64,000 nucleotides of DNA, taken from contig OX597818.1 of assembly GCA_951406725.2 (NCBI GenBank), positions 122,450,001 to 122,514,000 of the forward strand, read 5' to 3'. Within the stretch, counting starts at the first letter, position 1; every line of letters starts with the position of its first letter. Positions 1-13,579 of this stretch are shown here, one piece after another. Source of the stretch: Octopus vulgaris. Lineage: Eukaryota. Under the pieces are notes generated by a model. The model did not search any database. It worked only from the letters and a program-made list of their open reading frames with translations, and had not been told where the DNA came from. The position numbers were made by a program, and so were the translations under genes.

Positions 1-41
1 ACGATGTACATGCATACATCTCTCTCTTTCTCCACACACAC

Positions 42-82
<41 letters not shown>

Positions 83-104
83 GAGAAAGAGAGAGATGTA
101 TGCA

Positions 105-182
105 TGTACACCGTGACCACCGTGACCGACCAGGCTATCAGATGTTGCTACACATCGCTGGTCACAATGCGCTTCGCATTGC
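105..182 (-). mobile_element. 3' tail fragment of tRNA-derived SINE (same family as 56195-56462)
   Basis: ccgtgaccgaccaggctatcagatgttgctacacatcgctggtcacaatgcgcttcgcattg resembles the tail of the decayed copy at about 56195-56260 (cacgtgatcgaccacattatcggatgttgatatagatcgc). Confidence 0.5.
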
Positions 183-624
183 TTTATATATATATATATA
201 TACACACACATGCATGTGTGTGGCATTGAGTCTGTGTTTCTTCACCTTCCACCACCAATCAATCGTTGTTAGATTTTTTTTACGTTCTGTAAATTAGGAT
301 TTCTGCAAATAAGACAGCTAGGATAGACAGACTTTGAAAAGTGAGCACTGGACTCAGAAGGTATCACCTTCAACGTGATTTTCTAGCATGGTTGTAATCT
401 AGTGTCTGAAACAAGTAAACCGTAATAAATAAATAGGACCGATCCCGGGACTCATGTTTGCGAAGCGAAGCGAACTTCTGAACCATTCCTTCATAACTGC
501 GTTGATACACATACAAAATGAAAAGAATGAAACCGTCAGCAATACGTATAGAAACTGCTTATTCAGCATAACGTGTTTTAATGTCAAGATTCAACTGCGG
601 GTGATGTGGAACGAAGATAAGAAT

Positions 625-1300
625 ACTAGTGACGGCGTGGTGGTGGCCGTGGCATGGTTGTAGAGGTTGGGGGATTCTGGAGTCCGCTATTAGCATAACA
701 GTAATAGTGGTGGTGGTGGTGGTGATGTTCGCTTTATCGGAACAGGTAATAGTAATGGAGATGGTAACGGCGGTGGAGATGGTGGTGGTGGTGTATGTGT
801 ATTAGCGTAATTGGTAAAGGTAGTAGTTGCGGTGGTAGCTATTGCAGGCGTGGTGGTACACATGCTGTGCTGGAGGTTATAATTGTGACGATATTGGTGG
901 TATGGGTAATGTTGGGTATGGTTGAAGTTGAGGGAGATAGTAGTAATATTAGTGGTGGTGTTTGTAGTAACGGTAGTAACACCAGTGGCCGGGAAGGTGG
1001 CGTGTGGTGGAAGGTTAAAGCTGAGAGAAAGATGTGGCGAAAACGCAGACAGAAGAATCAATAAAGAGTGAATGAATCACTCAAAATGGAACACGAGAAG
1101 AGAAAGAAAAACAATATGATGAAGAAGTAGAAGAAAAAGGAGAGTAAGTAGCAGGATTAGAAGATAGAAAAGAAAAGAAAATGAAATTATTGGAAGGAAG
1201 AAGTAGTGAATGAAGAAATTGAAAAAAAAAAAACGAAGCTGATGAGGATAATGAAGACGATGTCGATGGCAATGGTCATGGTGATGACAATAAAAAATAT
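625..1300. repeat. Low-complexity GGT/AGT then GAA-rich tract
   Basis: Degenerate (GGT)n, (AGT)n and (GAA)n triplets; overlapping ORFs are simply Thr/Pro-, Val- or Phe-rich. Confidence 0.7.
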
Positions 1301-1898
1301 TGCTTTTGTTGGACCCCCAAGGGCCGTAGTCAGTGAAGATAATCCAAGAGGACACAATATAACACTTAATATATGGGGTTTACATCGATCAAAAGGAAAT
1401 CGGAAAAAAGTAAGATATAACAAAATGTATAATAAAAGATCTAAAAAATATAATACAAACAAAAAATATTTTCAGCAAGAAAAATGAATCGATCCCAAAT
1501 GTAATTCGATGGGAAACCCACATAATAAGGCCGGATTACCTTGCTATTTCCAAGGAATCAGGCTTGCACTTTCCCAATTTCTTTACCCAAACTTAAACAG
1601 AAAATAAAATAAAAACAATACATGCATGATAAGCCCATTCATATTTACCAGTCTTGCATTCACATTTTGATGAATACAGTAGATGGCAGCATCCACCTCT
1701 CCATACAAACATTCCTGTTCAAGTAGCATTTGAAGAAGCTGATAAGAAATTGGCTTGATGGGTAAACTTATCGTTTCCAAATATGACAGTCTGCCTTGCA
1801 CATCGCAAACCTGTTTCGCCACTGCTACCACCAAGCCAAGAAAAAATTGCCTCTTCCCTACCAAATGCAGGTTATAGGTCGATTTTCACTATAAACTA

Positions 1899-2246
1899 TG
1901 TTGACAGCCGAACTCTTCCTACGCGTGACAGTAGCTGTTCAACACAAGCCAACAAGTCGCTAATATACAAACACTGAACGATGGACTGACTTCCCTGACT
2001 AAACTTCCCTTATGTCCCTCAGTCCGGTATATCCGCGATACAGCTTAGTTACTGGTCATCAAGATGGAGTGGCATCAGGAAGTAGAGATTCATGTAGACT
2101 TCCCCTGGTGACATGCTGTTGTGAGTCCCCTTGTGTTCATTGCATGCCAATTATGTATAAAGAGAATAAAATCCTTGTTCAACGTACGACGTAATGTCAC
2201 AGATCGTGTGGCACCAATCTGTGAACACGTGTATTGCACAACAACA
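1899..2246 (+). mobile_element. Candidate solo LTR
   Basis: About 345 bp of higher-complexity sequence bounded by TGTTG...CAACA, with AATAAA at about 2164; target-site duplication imperfect (acta/acaa). Confidence 0.3.
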
Positions 2247-3811
2247 ACCCTGTCAGTTTTCATGCAAGAGAGTCGATCTGAAAAACCCTAACACTTGTAT
2301 CCATCTGCTCTGCCCCAGTCGAGTGAGTACAACTTCCACACATCAGTCAAGTTTTTCTTTAACTTCATTTTCGAGGGAATATGGAAGAACTCTGTTCTTC
2401 GGGGTAGGAGTGTCACTTTCCTGCTAAGTCTTTTTTGGATAAATTCCTTAAACAAAGAGGCTCTGTCTTGGAAACATACTTTGTCCATTCCTCTTTTCCT
2501 TGAGCTGGCACAAGATGAGTCTTTCCTTTGACCCCCAACGTTTGCAAATGATGGAATGTGAGTTTCGTTGTCATTCACTGTTTTCACTTTTCCATTGAAA
2601 TTAATATTTCCATTACTATTCTTGTTTCTGTCTTCCTTGGCTCAACTGGAAGCACTGAAGCGTGTCTTATTTTATTCTCTATTTTCCAATCATATCACAT
2701 TTTCGTTTAAAAGTATTTTTGCTCAATATTTAAGCTACTTAGGGTATGATTACAAATACTGTAACGTTCATCTTTCTGCTCTTCTGAGGGAGCCATATTG
2801 CAATGTGTGCAAGTATTATTAAAATTTATTAGCAGTTAAAAATCACTAATAGCAAAAATTTCAACTGCCTCAACAATCCGAAAGCATTCTGTTAGTAAAC
2901 ATGTTTAAAAAATAAATCACCAATTTTTCTTTGGTTAATCAAATGAAAAATTACTTTTTCGCAAAGCTCTGGTATTCATTCATGCAAACATTCAATCATT
3001 TTAATATTGAAAATAATAATCATAATACTTAAGTGAAGTAACGATATAAGAGATGTTAACCTGAGTGCAAAGAGAATAATTGAAGAAAATGAGAAATATA
3101 ACTAAAGAATGAATTAGTCGAATAAGGAAGAAGAGTAATTATAAATAGTAGGGAAATTTGTTGAGCAAGGAGATACAGTCATTTGTGAATTATAAAGAAA
3201 AATAAGACGAGAAAGGAGAGAGAAAAATCAGTTATAATAGCAGAAAAAAAAAAAGAAGTTAAATGAAAAAATAAGCAGGTGTAATAATAGAAAATAAATA
3301 ACAAAAAACAACTCGAGATGCTGATGAAGATGATGAAAGGAGCAAATAATGAAAAAGACTTGGCAAAATGTAACCAGCAAAAATGAAGAGACAATGAAGC
3401 GAAAGAAAACATACCAATAGGCATGCATGGGTGAGATTTTTTTGTCCAATCTGAGAGAAAAATCTTTTACTAACATGCTCCAAGTGACATAAATAATTGC
3501 ATCGTATGTGAAGATACGAGGCAACTTGCTACAATTATTATAGCATTTGGTCATGCAATACCCGTGAAAAAAAATTCGAAATGGACACAAACAGGCAAAG
3601 AAAAAAAAAAATTAAAATTGATTTACCCATGTCAGACACATCGGTAAAACTCTTCTGCTGATTTAGTCTCCTTACGATACTAAAAATATAAAATTATTCG
3701 ACCATACTATAACCAGTGACTGAGATATGGGTGACGCAAACTGTACGAAAAGCCTTACAGACAGACACACAGACAGGCAGACACACACACACACAAACAC
3801 ACACACACGAA

Positions 3812-3930
3812 GATGGTTATATCCGTGGTCTAGTGGCTAGGGTAGTGCATTCACGATCGAGAAATCGTGGTTTCAATTCCGGGTGGTACGTTCTGTTCTA
3901 TAGTCAACCACTTCATCTCACGCTGCGATC
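3812..3930 (+). mobile_element. Decayed tRNA-derived SINE head
   Basis: A-box-like tggtctagtgg and B-box-like gtttcaattcc. Confidence 0.55.
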
Positions 3931-4029
3931 AATTCGACATTTGATTTTTGGCACACTCTACACGTTTATAGACAACGTCCATTTCTACAGACACACAAAC
4001 ACACACACATATATATGCATATATTTTTT

Positions 4030-4186
4030 TATTCCTTTACTTATTTCAGTCATTTCACTGGAGCAAAAAATTTAGTCGAACAAATCGACCACATGACTTA
4101 TTCTTTGTAACCCTACTTATTCTATCGGTCACTTTCACCTAACCGCGAGAACACACAACTACATACATACACACACACACACATAC

Positions 4187-4241
<55 letters not shown>

Positions 4242-4416
4242 TATGTGTGTGTGTCTGTGTGTGTGTGTGTATACGACTGGCTTCTTTTAGTTTCACAAGG
4301 CTATGGTCGGCCTGAAGCTATAGTAGAAAGCAGTTGTCCAAGATTCCACGCAGTGGGACTGAACCCGGAATAATGTGGTTTGGAAGTAACCTTCTTAGCA
4401 CACAATCACACCTACG

Positions 4417-4418
<2 letters not shown>
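4030..4418 (-). mobile_element. CORE-like tRNA SINE (family 1) with internal microsatellite
   Basis: Matches the 12652-13040 copy in reverse complement (acgcagtgggactgaacccggaa...cacctacgcc); (TA)/(TG) tract inside. Confidence 0.8.
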
Positions 4419-4454
<36 letters not shown>

Positions 4455-4799
4455 CGCACACATTCATATGTATATGTATATATACACACATATATATATA
4501 TATCTGTGTGTCTGTATGTGTGTGTTTGTGTGTATGTGTGCACAAGCATACACACACAGGTATGTATGGACCCGACTACATACACATACGCACGCACACA
4601 TATAATTACTTTTTGGAACAGCGAAACTCGAAGTAAATAAAGCTTTAGATTAATAGTTTCTAAATATTGAGTTATAAACCACTCGAATAGAAAAGGTGGA
4701 GACTCACTGCCTAAATAAATAATTAAATATGTAAATAAATAAATAAATAAAAATGGAGGATAATGTCAGATAGCAATTAATGCAACACCAGATGGAGCA

Positions 4800-4827
4800 G
4801 GGAGAGATTAAGATAGAGGGAGAGAGA

Positions 4828-4868
<41 letters not shown>

Positions 4869-5372
4869 TGCGAGAGAAGTAGACAGGCGGGCAGACAGAC
4901 AGACAGACAGATAAAGAGAAAGGTAGAGAGAGAGGGAGAGAGAGAAAGAAAGGGATAGAAATAGAGTGAGGGAAATGGTGTAAAGTGAAATGGGGAGAGA
5001 GAGATGGCGAGATAGATAGATAGATAGATAGATAGAGTGAGAGAAAGAGAGAGAGAAAAAGTGCGAGAGAGAGAGACAGGCAGTCAGACAGACAGGGAAA
5101 GGTAGAGAGAGAGAGGGGGGAGAGAGAGAGAAAGAAAGGGATAGAATTAGAGTGAGAGAAATGGTGCAATGCGAAATGGGGAGAGAGAGATGGAGAGATA
5201 GATAGATAGAGAGGGTGAGGGAGAGAGGGAGAAAGCCATATCTAAAACAGAAGCGAGGCTTCTTCATTGCAATTCAGATAAGATCTACTTAGTGTTCATG
5301 TGCATGTCTGTCTGTCTGTCTGTCTCTCTGTATGTATGTATGTATGTATGTATGTATGTATGTATGTATGTA
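4800..5372. repeat. Compound (GA)n/(GATA)n/(GACA)n/(TATG)n microsatellite region with internal duplication
   Basis: Visible directly; aaagaaagggatagaa...gagtgag.gaaatggtg occurs twice (about 4945 and 5131). Confidence 0.9.
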
Positions 5373-5489
5373 TTTGCGTAAGTAGTTATAGTCGTATATA
5401 CTTGTGTGTATGTATGTTTGCACATTTGCATTTTATCAAATGAATTATGAATATGTCTTCATACACATGTGTACCTATATAATCTTTTA

Positions 5490-6065
5490 TCTGTTATCGT
5501 TGTCACCAGCTTGAAAGGTCTTAATGGAACAAGTCGACCCCTGAACTTGTTGGTTTAAGCCAAGTACTTATACTATCGGTGTCTTTTGCTGAGCCGCTAA
5601 GTTATGGGGACTTAAATACATAAACACCGGTAAAAAGAAAATTGTACATAAATGCATTTTATCTTTTATATTTTTCTTGTTTCAGTTATGGGACTGCGAC
5701 CATACTGGGGCAGAACCGCGATGATTTTAGTCGAACAAATCGCCCCCATCCTCCCAATAAAGCCTTGTACTTATTCTATCGATGTCTTTGGCCGAACCGC
5801 TGTGTTACGGCAACGGGAGAAAGCCAACATTGAATGACAAACGGTGGCGTGGGACAAACGCATACACAAAGAAATACACAAAGATATATATACTTACAAA
5901 TATATATACAACGGATTTCTGTCAATTTCCGTCTACCAAATGCACTAATAATCTTTGGTCGGCCCGATGCAATAGTAAAAGACACCTACCCAAGGTGCCA
6001 TGCAGTGGAACTGAACCCAGAACCATATGGTTGGGAAACAAACTTCTTATCACACAGTCACGTCT
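5490..6065 (-). mobile_element. Family 1 SINE (decayed) plus adjacent tail fragment
   Basis: caaggtgccatgcagtggaactgaacccagaacc and tail motifs tacttattctatcg and gccgaaccgct. Confidence 0.7.
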
Positions 6066-6276
6066 CATATAACCTACAGGATAATCAGCCGGGATGCTTC
6101 ACATAGTTTTACTGTTTATTAACAGATCATGATTTCTGTTTTTTAAGTAATTGTTTACAGTTATGTTAACAAAATCCACTTCCTGGAGATTAGAGTTAAG
6201 GAAGTCAATCACATAATCCGGTATCCGGTAACCACCAGTGAAAGATTTAAAGCTATAATCGAAGGATCTACAAACT

Positions 6277-6440
6277 CATATATTTTTACACTTTTTACAT
6301 TATTTACATTCGACGGATGTTTGTCCTCATCTTGTTTCTTGTTAACCCAACGTTTCGGCTGATATACCCTTCAGCCTTCTTCAGGCTGGAGGGTAAATAA
6401 CGTACACAATTTCTAATCTCTTAAATATAGAACTGTATCA
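6277..6440 (-). mobile_element. Short PLE-type terminal fragment carrying an HHR
   Basis: Contains the HHR at 6345-6386; starts after catata; small inverted segment at 6384-6395. Confidence 0.55.
6345..6386 (-). ncRNA. Minimal type I hammerhead ribozyme motif
   Basis: Minus strand CTGAAGA-A-GGCTGA-agggtata-TCAGCC-GAAAC-GTT; 6-bp stem II, palindromic AACGTT stem III; stem I disrupted by an inversion. Confidence 0.65.
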
Positions 6441-7289
6441 TATATTTTTGTTTCTATCATTTTAATGAAGTTTGCTGACAACCCCAAATTTTGTCTACCC
6501 CAGAGCCTAAAATCTGGTCTGCTGTACTTAGATGTCAAGTGCACTTTGACAGGTATTCAGGTATATTATGATTCTCATCAGTGTAGCATATATTTCAACC
6601 TGAGTGCTTGCTACCAGATTTCCTTTTGTCGTCGATAAAAAAGGTTCTCTTTTACCTGCAGCCAACATTGAAGCTATGTCTTCTCTTGATCTTCCTAACC
6701 TGATGCTTTACTATCAAAGTTTCAAGGATTTGACCATTAATATTGTCTGATAATTCAGGGACAGTACCTCTTGATATCTTTTAGTGACATCGCAACTCGA
6801 TTTCTTGCAGCAGACTTCCACACCGTCGGATGAATCCGATTCATTTCTACAAAGTGCTTCAGTGATTTTCATTTATTATACCATTATCTATGTGTACACT
6901 ATAGTTTCATTTCGACCAAATTTCCCGTTTTTATTATTTTTTTTTTATTAATCACTCTGTTCTGATGACAAAGTTTTTCACTGACAGCTTTAACTATCGT
7001 TTGAGTATGATTAATCTGTATTCAACACTTCTAATTTTGTCATCTACAAACAATCAGTTTAGAGGAGAGGGAAGGTATTTTATTTGTCAGTTGATAGGAA
7101 ATGTATCTTTTTATTTGTTTTCACCACAATATAACTGATGCTCTGTCATAGATCAACGACATTTTGTTTGCCTTAAATGCCTAAGCTGGTATATTTTGAT
7201 GATTAGCAATCTTTTATTTCCTTCATTTGAGGATCGGTGTTTTATTTTATCAAATGGCTTAGTCAGAGAATGAATAACATCAAGCATGT

Positions 7290-7525
7290 AAGCCGCTTTT
7301 GGGATCTCCGTGACTGGTAGGAGGAAAATAGGTATATGCAAGCCGTATACTTGGTCTCAAAGTTTCTAACAGAATGGATGCCAGTACAGCAGTGTATCTG
7401 AAAACTATACTATTCCCACTAACGTACAAGATCTGAGCACCGCATACGAAAGCTAAGACTGATAATTGAGAGATGTCTGAATTAATGGAGAAATGGCACA
7501 TCTCAGGATATATTGGTATAAATTT
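7290..7525 (+). pseudogene. Highly decayed RTE-like LINE RT C-terminal fragment
   Basis: Translates piecewise as TAVYLKTILFPLTY..SE...EMAHLR.ILV, similar to the RTE VY...ILP.L.YGSE.W...CLR.IL motif; frameshifted. Confidence 0.3.
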
Positions 7526-7646
7526 GTATTATAACATTTACAGAACAGATAAAATATCGACGATGTACAGAATAAATGAGTATGTCACCAAATGAAATAA
7601 ACATAGTTTTATAGATTGTATATTCAAATTTTTAACAGTCACATGC

Positions 7647-7722
<76 letters not shown>

Positions 7723-7839
7723 TGTGGGTTTGTGTGTGTGCGCGCATGTATATATATGTATATATATGTAGATATATGTATACACACTCTGAAACGTACA
7801 CGCACACACATATATATATATACGTAATACATACATATG

Positions 7840-7878
<39 letters not shown>

Positions 7879-7919
7879 ACACACTCTCAAACGTACACGC
7901 ACACACATATATATACGTA

Positions 7920-7970
<51 letters not shown>

Positions 7971-8877
7971 AATAAACTTAATACATGCTTTTATATATAT
8001 ATATATATATATATACATCTGTGAGTGTGTGTGTGTGTGCCTGTATGCGTGTGTTAGAAACATAGATGTATATATTATTTTAGCTGAAACGCACAACTAA
8101 CACAAATCTTAAGGAAAATGAGATAAAAATCACCTGCGCTTAACAAGAACAAAGGCAGGGGGAAAATCATTTTGCAACGCTGTATTGACAGATAAAAATA
8201 TGCACTTTCAGAGTTAAAACATCCCCCATAACATTCACCAAACGTTATGCAGTAGACTAAACTCGAAATTACGAATATATTTCCCTCAATATACTATACC
8301 ATGTTTATTATTTTTATGTTGCTAAGGCAAAATGAAAGAGAAACATGATAGAAACCTAGTAACAACCATACATTAAGAAGTAATATGAAGGAAATGCACT
8401 TAACTCTCAGGATATGCAGAAAATACTGACATAAGATTAAACATTAGAAATACAAGCTTTTAAAGTAAAAATCTTGCAATAAAAATCGCATTAAAGTAAC
8501 AGCATAACGTCAAACTCCACCCGCAGTTCCATTAGACTGTAATATCATGAGTTACACCCAAATAGTTATTATGTGAAGTAATTTAAAAGCATACACTAGA
8601 TTTTAATTGAAACAAAACATGGAAAATGCAAGAAACCCTTTGAATGAAAATCTGTATACTAGAATAGTCTTTCAGGTTAAACATGTTCCTGTCGTTAGAG
8701 CATCGAACGAAATTCTTCGTGGTACTTATTTCGCTTTTTGCGTCCAGGGTTCAAATTCTGTTGTGGTCAACTTTGATAGTGTTAGTTTTTGGTGGTGGAG
8801 TAACTGAATTACTAGAGCAGGAATGGATGCCTCGTGGGGTGATTGTTTTTTAACGTCAATTTTTAACGTCCTAATCT

Positions 8878-9265
8878 GGATGGAAGCACTCCGTCGGTTA
8901 CGACGACGAGGGTTCCGGTTGATCCGAATCAACGGAACAGCCTGCTCGTGAAATTAACGTGTAAGTGGCTGAGCACTCCACAGACACGTGTACCCTTAAC
9001 GCAGTTCTCGGGGATATTCAGCGTGACACAGAGAGTGACAAGGCCGGCCCTTTGAAATACAGGTACAACAGAAACAGGAAGTAAGAGTGAGAGAAAGTTG
9101 TGGTGAAAGAGTACAGCAGGGATCACCACCATCCCCTGCCGGAGCCTCGTGGAGTTTTAGGTGTTTTCGCTCAATTAACACTCACAACGCCCGGTCTGGG
9201 AATCGAAACCGCAATCCTTCGACCGCGAGTCCGCTGCCCTAACCACTGGGCCATTGCGCCTCCAC
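8878..9265 (-). mobile_element. Full-length tRNA-derived SINE (family 3) with 12-bp TSD
   Basis: Minus-strand head gtggaggcgcaatggcccagtggttagg...gtttcgattccc; TSD acgtcctaatct at 8866-8877 and 9266-9277; second copy at 51818-52172. Confidence 0.9.
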
Positions 9266-10299
9266 ACGTCCTAATCTACTTGGATGATAAGCTGTGTCCA
9301 TGTTCCAGTTTAATAACGCAAACTGGGGCTTGACTGTCCTTTGTGTTGTTCAGTCTGTTGCAAGCATTCAGAGCAGGTCTCCGGTTTGAGGTGACCGTCT
9401 GTTTATCCTTCTCTCTCTCTCACGCATGAGTTCTGTTGGATGCTGTCCTCTTGACTAAGCAATAAAAATTGCCAAAAGAAATGCCATTCGTCTCGGTATC
9501 AGAGTTAAATGATATTTACAGAAATTTTCTTTTATACAAAAACACAAAAAATGAGGTTAAAATGAAATGGAAGTAAACTTAAGAATTTAAAAACAACGAA
9601 TAAAGATTATTATCAGGAGAAATTATATAAATCTTAACGTTTAAAGAAAAATAACGAATAGTGTGCCAACATTGTTCAAACTTCTTATTATCATTTCCGC
9701 ATGCCAACACACACAACCAAGCACACATGATATTATCTGTAGCACAAATTAGAAAAGTGTTGACGATTAATAATTTACATCAGACACCGAAATAGAAATT
9801 ACAAACCTTTGCACATTTTCCGAGTTAACGTCTTTCAGTTATTAATGATGCTCGATGGCAGTACTGAAGCAGAGATTTTCAGAATCCAACTATAAAGTCA
9901 CTTTGGGCAGCCCTACCTTAATTAAGAGATAGGATGAGGTGGTCAAGCTAAGATTAGTTTTATCCCTGGTTGATGGAAACCTTCTACGGGTTCAGTATAA
10001 TATGCTCATGGCTAAGTTGTCGGCGACTAAACCAGTCTCCTCCTGGCCTTGTCCACTGAGAAAGGAGTGTGGGCATCCAACATTATTAAAAAGTATGTAC
10101 GAGGCTTAATATACTGTATCATAATATTCCACAAAATTACATGTATTATACGCAACTTATAATGCATAAATTATCTTTATAAACTTACGTATAACACAGA
10201 GCGTTGCATAATATTTACAGAAGTAGATAAACAACTGCAATGCAATACTTTAAAATATTTTATTTTATATAAGACACATCAATATAAAACAAAATTTTA

Positions 10300-10500
10300 A
10301 GGCGGTGAGCTGACAAAATCGTTAGCACGCTGGGCAAAATGCTTAGCGGCATTTCGTCTGTCTTTAAGTTCCGAGTTCAAATTCCACCGAGATTGACATT
10401 GACTCTACATTTCATCCTTTCGATGTCAATAAAATAAGTAGCAGTTAAGCTATGGGATCAATGTAATCGACGTAACCCCTCCCTCGAAACAGCTGAACTC
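10300..10500 (+). mobile_element. tRNA-derived SINE (family 2, Meta-domain-like core)
   Basis: ggcggtgagctgacaaaatcgttagc...gagttcaaattcc...tttcatcctttcg; matches 20808-21020 and 27122-27365. Confidence 0.75.
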
Positions 10501-10752
10501 GTATACAATATATGATTTCAAGTAATCTGGTAGCACTCATAAAAAAAAGTTCCTTAATGTATCATTCTACAAAACAATTAGAGGAAATGTTTGCATTAAC
10601 GCAAACATATAAGTGATTTATATATTATTAAAATACAGTAATATAAATGATTTACATGTTTTTAAGATACGAAACAATTTCTCGTGATATTAGAATTCTT
10701 TTATAGTTAAATAAGATTTTATCAAACTATTTTTCTCTCATCTATGACTTAT

Positions 10753-10836
<84 letters not shown>

Positions 10837-11239
10837 CAGTGTGCATTTAAACACAGAAGAGGTTAATCGACGTAACCCCTCCCTCTGCACGCTAGAGAGA
10901 ACAATTAAATTCCAAACCACTGTTAGGGATAACATTTCGAAGGGAATGGAAAATAAAATACATTTACCATCTAATTCCTGGACCAATGTTTTCGGACTTT
11001 TTTAGCAAATAAAATGATTTTCTAAGCGAAGTCTTCTTCAGCAGGTACACCTTAGATTAAATATATATACACGAGGCAATCCAGTATATGTCCTGTGCTT
11101 ATACATTGTAATTTTTCAAATCTACCGCGCAGGCACAGTTTCTATGTGAATAATGTATAGTCTACTGACTAAACCTTTACACGCTAGGCCACTGGCAATG
11201 GAAATTTCTAATATATCTGATGACCCTTTGATATATATT

Positions 11240-11560
11240 ATAGGGAGAATTCACGAAAAAAACAAAAGACGAAGATAGGTGGTGTAGAAAACAAACAGAT
11301 GTATTAGTATAACACTCAGGAATTGAAAAAGTATTTTACGTTTCCAGCCTACGCTCTTCCACAGAAAGGAACGCAGAAAGAAACAAGGAGAGAAAAAATG
11401 CGTCTAGTGGATACCGATCCATCATGGCGACTGCCGGACGGAAGGGTCAGGGAGAAGAGCGAAGAAGTAGGGGAGATAACAAAGTAAAGATGATCCCCAA
11501 AACGAAGGTGCGCGTGTGTGTAAGAGAGTATATATATATGTACGTGTAAGAGAGTACGTA
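11240..11560 (-). mobile_element. PLE 3' terminal fragment with HHR (homologous to 58090-58380)
   Basis: Clearly homologous to 58092-58380; HHR-like CTGTGGA-A-GAGC-gtag-GCTG-GAAAC-GTA at 11333-11368. Confidence 0.75.
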
Positions 11561-11694
11561 TGTACGTATATATAAATAATCAAAGCAATGATAATGATTT
11601 ATTAACTTATCGTGTTTTTCTCAATAAAAGTAATGGGTAAAAAGTTTTATAACCTTATTCTACATCTTATCGATACCTCTAATTTGAATATTGA

Positions 11695-12085
11695 TTATGG
11701 TGTGTGATTAAGAAGACCGTTTTACAATCACATGGTTTCAGATTCAGTTCCTCTGTGCATCGCATTTAGCAATTCTCTTCTATTATAGACCCAGTCTATC
11801 AATGGCTTGCGAGCGAGTTTAGGAGACGGATAATGTGGAATAGCTTGTCGTACATATACACATACATCATGCGTGTTTGTGTGTTTGTCTCTTGATAAAT
11901 TTGTCGCTTGATAAATGGTGTTGGTTTAATATCGTCTATGTTACTTAGAAGTTTGGCAAAAATTAACGATGCCATAAGTACTAAATCTAAAGAAGATGAG
12001 TACTGATGTAATTTAATGGACCAAACCCTTCAAAGCGTTGTGCCAGCGTGGCCGAAGACCAATGACTGAACAAGAAAATGAATTG
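11695..12085 (+). mobile_element. Decayed family 1 SINE
   Basis: tgtgtgattaagaag...cacatggtttcagattcagttcc...ccagcgtggccgaagaccaatgactgaacaag. Confidence 0.6.
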
Positions 12086-12494
12086 AATAAATAAATATAT
12101 AAATAAATAAATGGAGTTTTATGGTAATTTAAAGTTTCGAGGATTCTTCTTCTACATCTAATAGAGAGAGAGAGAGAGAGAAAGAGAACGGAAGAAAGAA
12201 AAGGGAGAGAAGTGGGGGAACAGAATATCTGTAGAGTTGTTATTACATTGTTTAGAAGAGCACGAATGGTAACATGGAATAATGGAATGGTGTTAGAACA
12301 GTGGGCGAATTAAGTTGTGAGAAATTATGCATCTGGTAGATCTTAGGCACATTGGCAGTGTTTCATGCCATTAGGAAGGAATTAACCAACCACATACTGA
12401 ATTGTATGAACATTACTTTATTTAGTCGACCGGAAACACAGAAGTCTATGTTGGCTCGAAAAAAAGGATTTGTACACCAAAATAATATAGTAGT

Positions 12495-13092
12495 TTAAAT
12501 TTTGGCACAAGGCCAGCAAGTTCGGGGGAGGGAGTACTCGATTATATCGACCCCGACTGGTACTTATTTTGACGACCCTTATAGGATGAAACGGATGGTC
12601 AACCACGGCGGAATTTGAACTCAGAATGTAAACGTGGACGAAATACCCCTAGGCGCAGGAGTGGCTGTGTGGTAAGTAGCTTGTTTACTAACCACATGGT
12701 TCCGGGTTCAGACCCACTGCGTGGCACCTTGGGCAAGTGTCTCCTACTATAGCCTCGGGGCGACCAAAGCCTTGTGAGTAGATTTGGAAGACGGAAACTG
12801 AAAGAAGCCCGTCGTATATGCGTGTGTGTGTTTGTGTGTCTGTGTTTGTCCCCCTAGTATTGCTTGACAACCGATGCTGGTGTGTTTATGTCCCCGTTTG
12901 TTAGCGGTTCGGCGAAAGAGACCGATAGAATAAGTACTGGGCTTACAAAAGAATAAGTCCCGGGGTCGAGTTGCTCGATTAAAGGTGGTGCTCCAGCATG
13001 GCCGCAGTCAAATGACTGAAACAAGTAAAAGAGTAAAGAGTGTAAAGAGGTATTTTCCCGCCATGTTACCGATTCCGCTTGCTCGCCGCCTT
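12495..13092 (-). mobile_element. Family 2 SINE split by a family 1 SINE insertion
   Basis: cggaatttgaactcagaatgtaaacgtggacgaaatac (to about 12650) resumes as attttcccgcc...gctcgccgcc (13052-13092). Confidence 0.7.
12652..13040 (+). mobile_element. Full-length CORE-like tRNA SINE (family 1)
   Basis: ggcgcaggagtggctgtgtggtaag (A box), gggttcagaccc (B box), CORE-like accttgggcaagtg, internal (TG)n, tail gactgaaacaagtaaaagag. Confidence 0.9.
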
Positions 13093-13109
13093 ACTCCAAA
13101 ATAATACAA

Positions 13110-13515
13110 TAATCCTTCCCACTAAAGGTACAAAGCCTAAAATTTTAGGGGAGGGGGCCAGTCGATTATAGAGACCCCAGTATTTCACTAGTGCTTAATT
13201 TATCGATCCTGAAAGGATGAAAGGAAAACTCGACCTCGGCGGAATTTGAACCCAGAACGTAAAGATGGACAAAAAACCGCCAAGTATATTGTCCGGTGTG
13301 ATAACGATTCTACCAGTTCACCTCCTTCCAATAATGAGACATTCTAGTAATTGTTTCGAACTAAAGCAAAAAGGCTTGGAATTAGATGGAGGGGAGTTTA
13401 GTAAATGGACCCCAGTACTTGATTAGTAATTTATTTTTCGATCCCCGAAAAGATTATGGGTAAAACTGTCATTGACGGAATTTGAACTCAGAACGTAGAG
13501 ATCCGTAACAATTAC

Positions 13516-13579
<64 letters not shown>

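Noticed and set aside
690-1061. Pro/Thr-rich 123-aa ORF
   Set aside because: Derived from degenerate (GGT)n low-complexity DNA
11213-11250. CTGATGA-ccct...aggg as a hammerhead
   Set aside because: Followed by AGAA rather than GAAA, and spans an element junction
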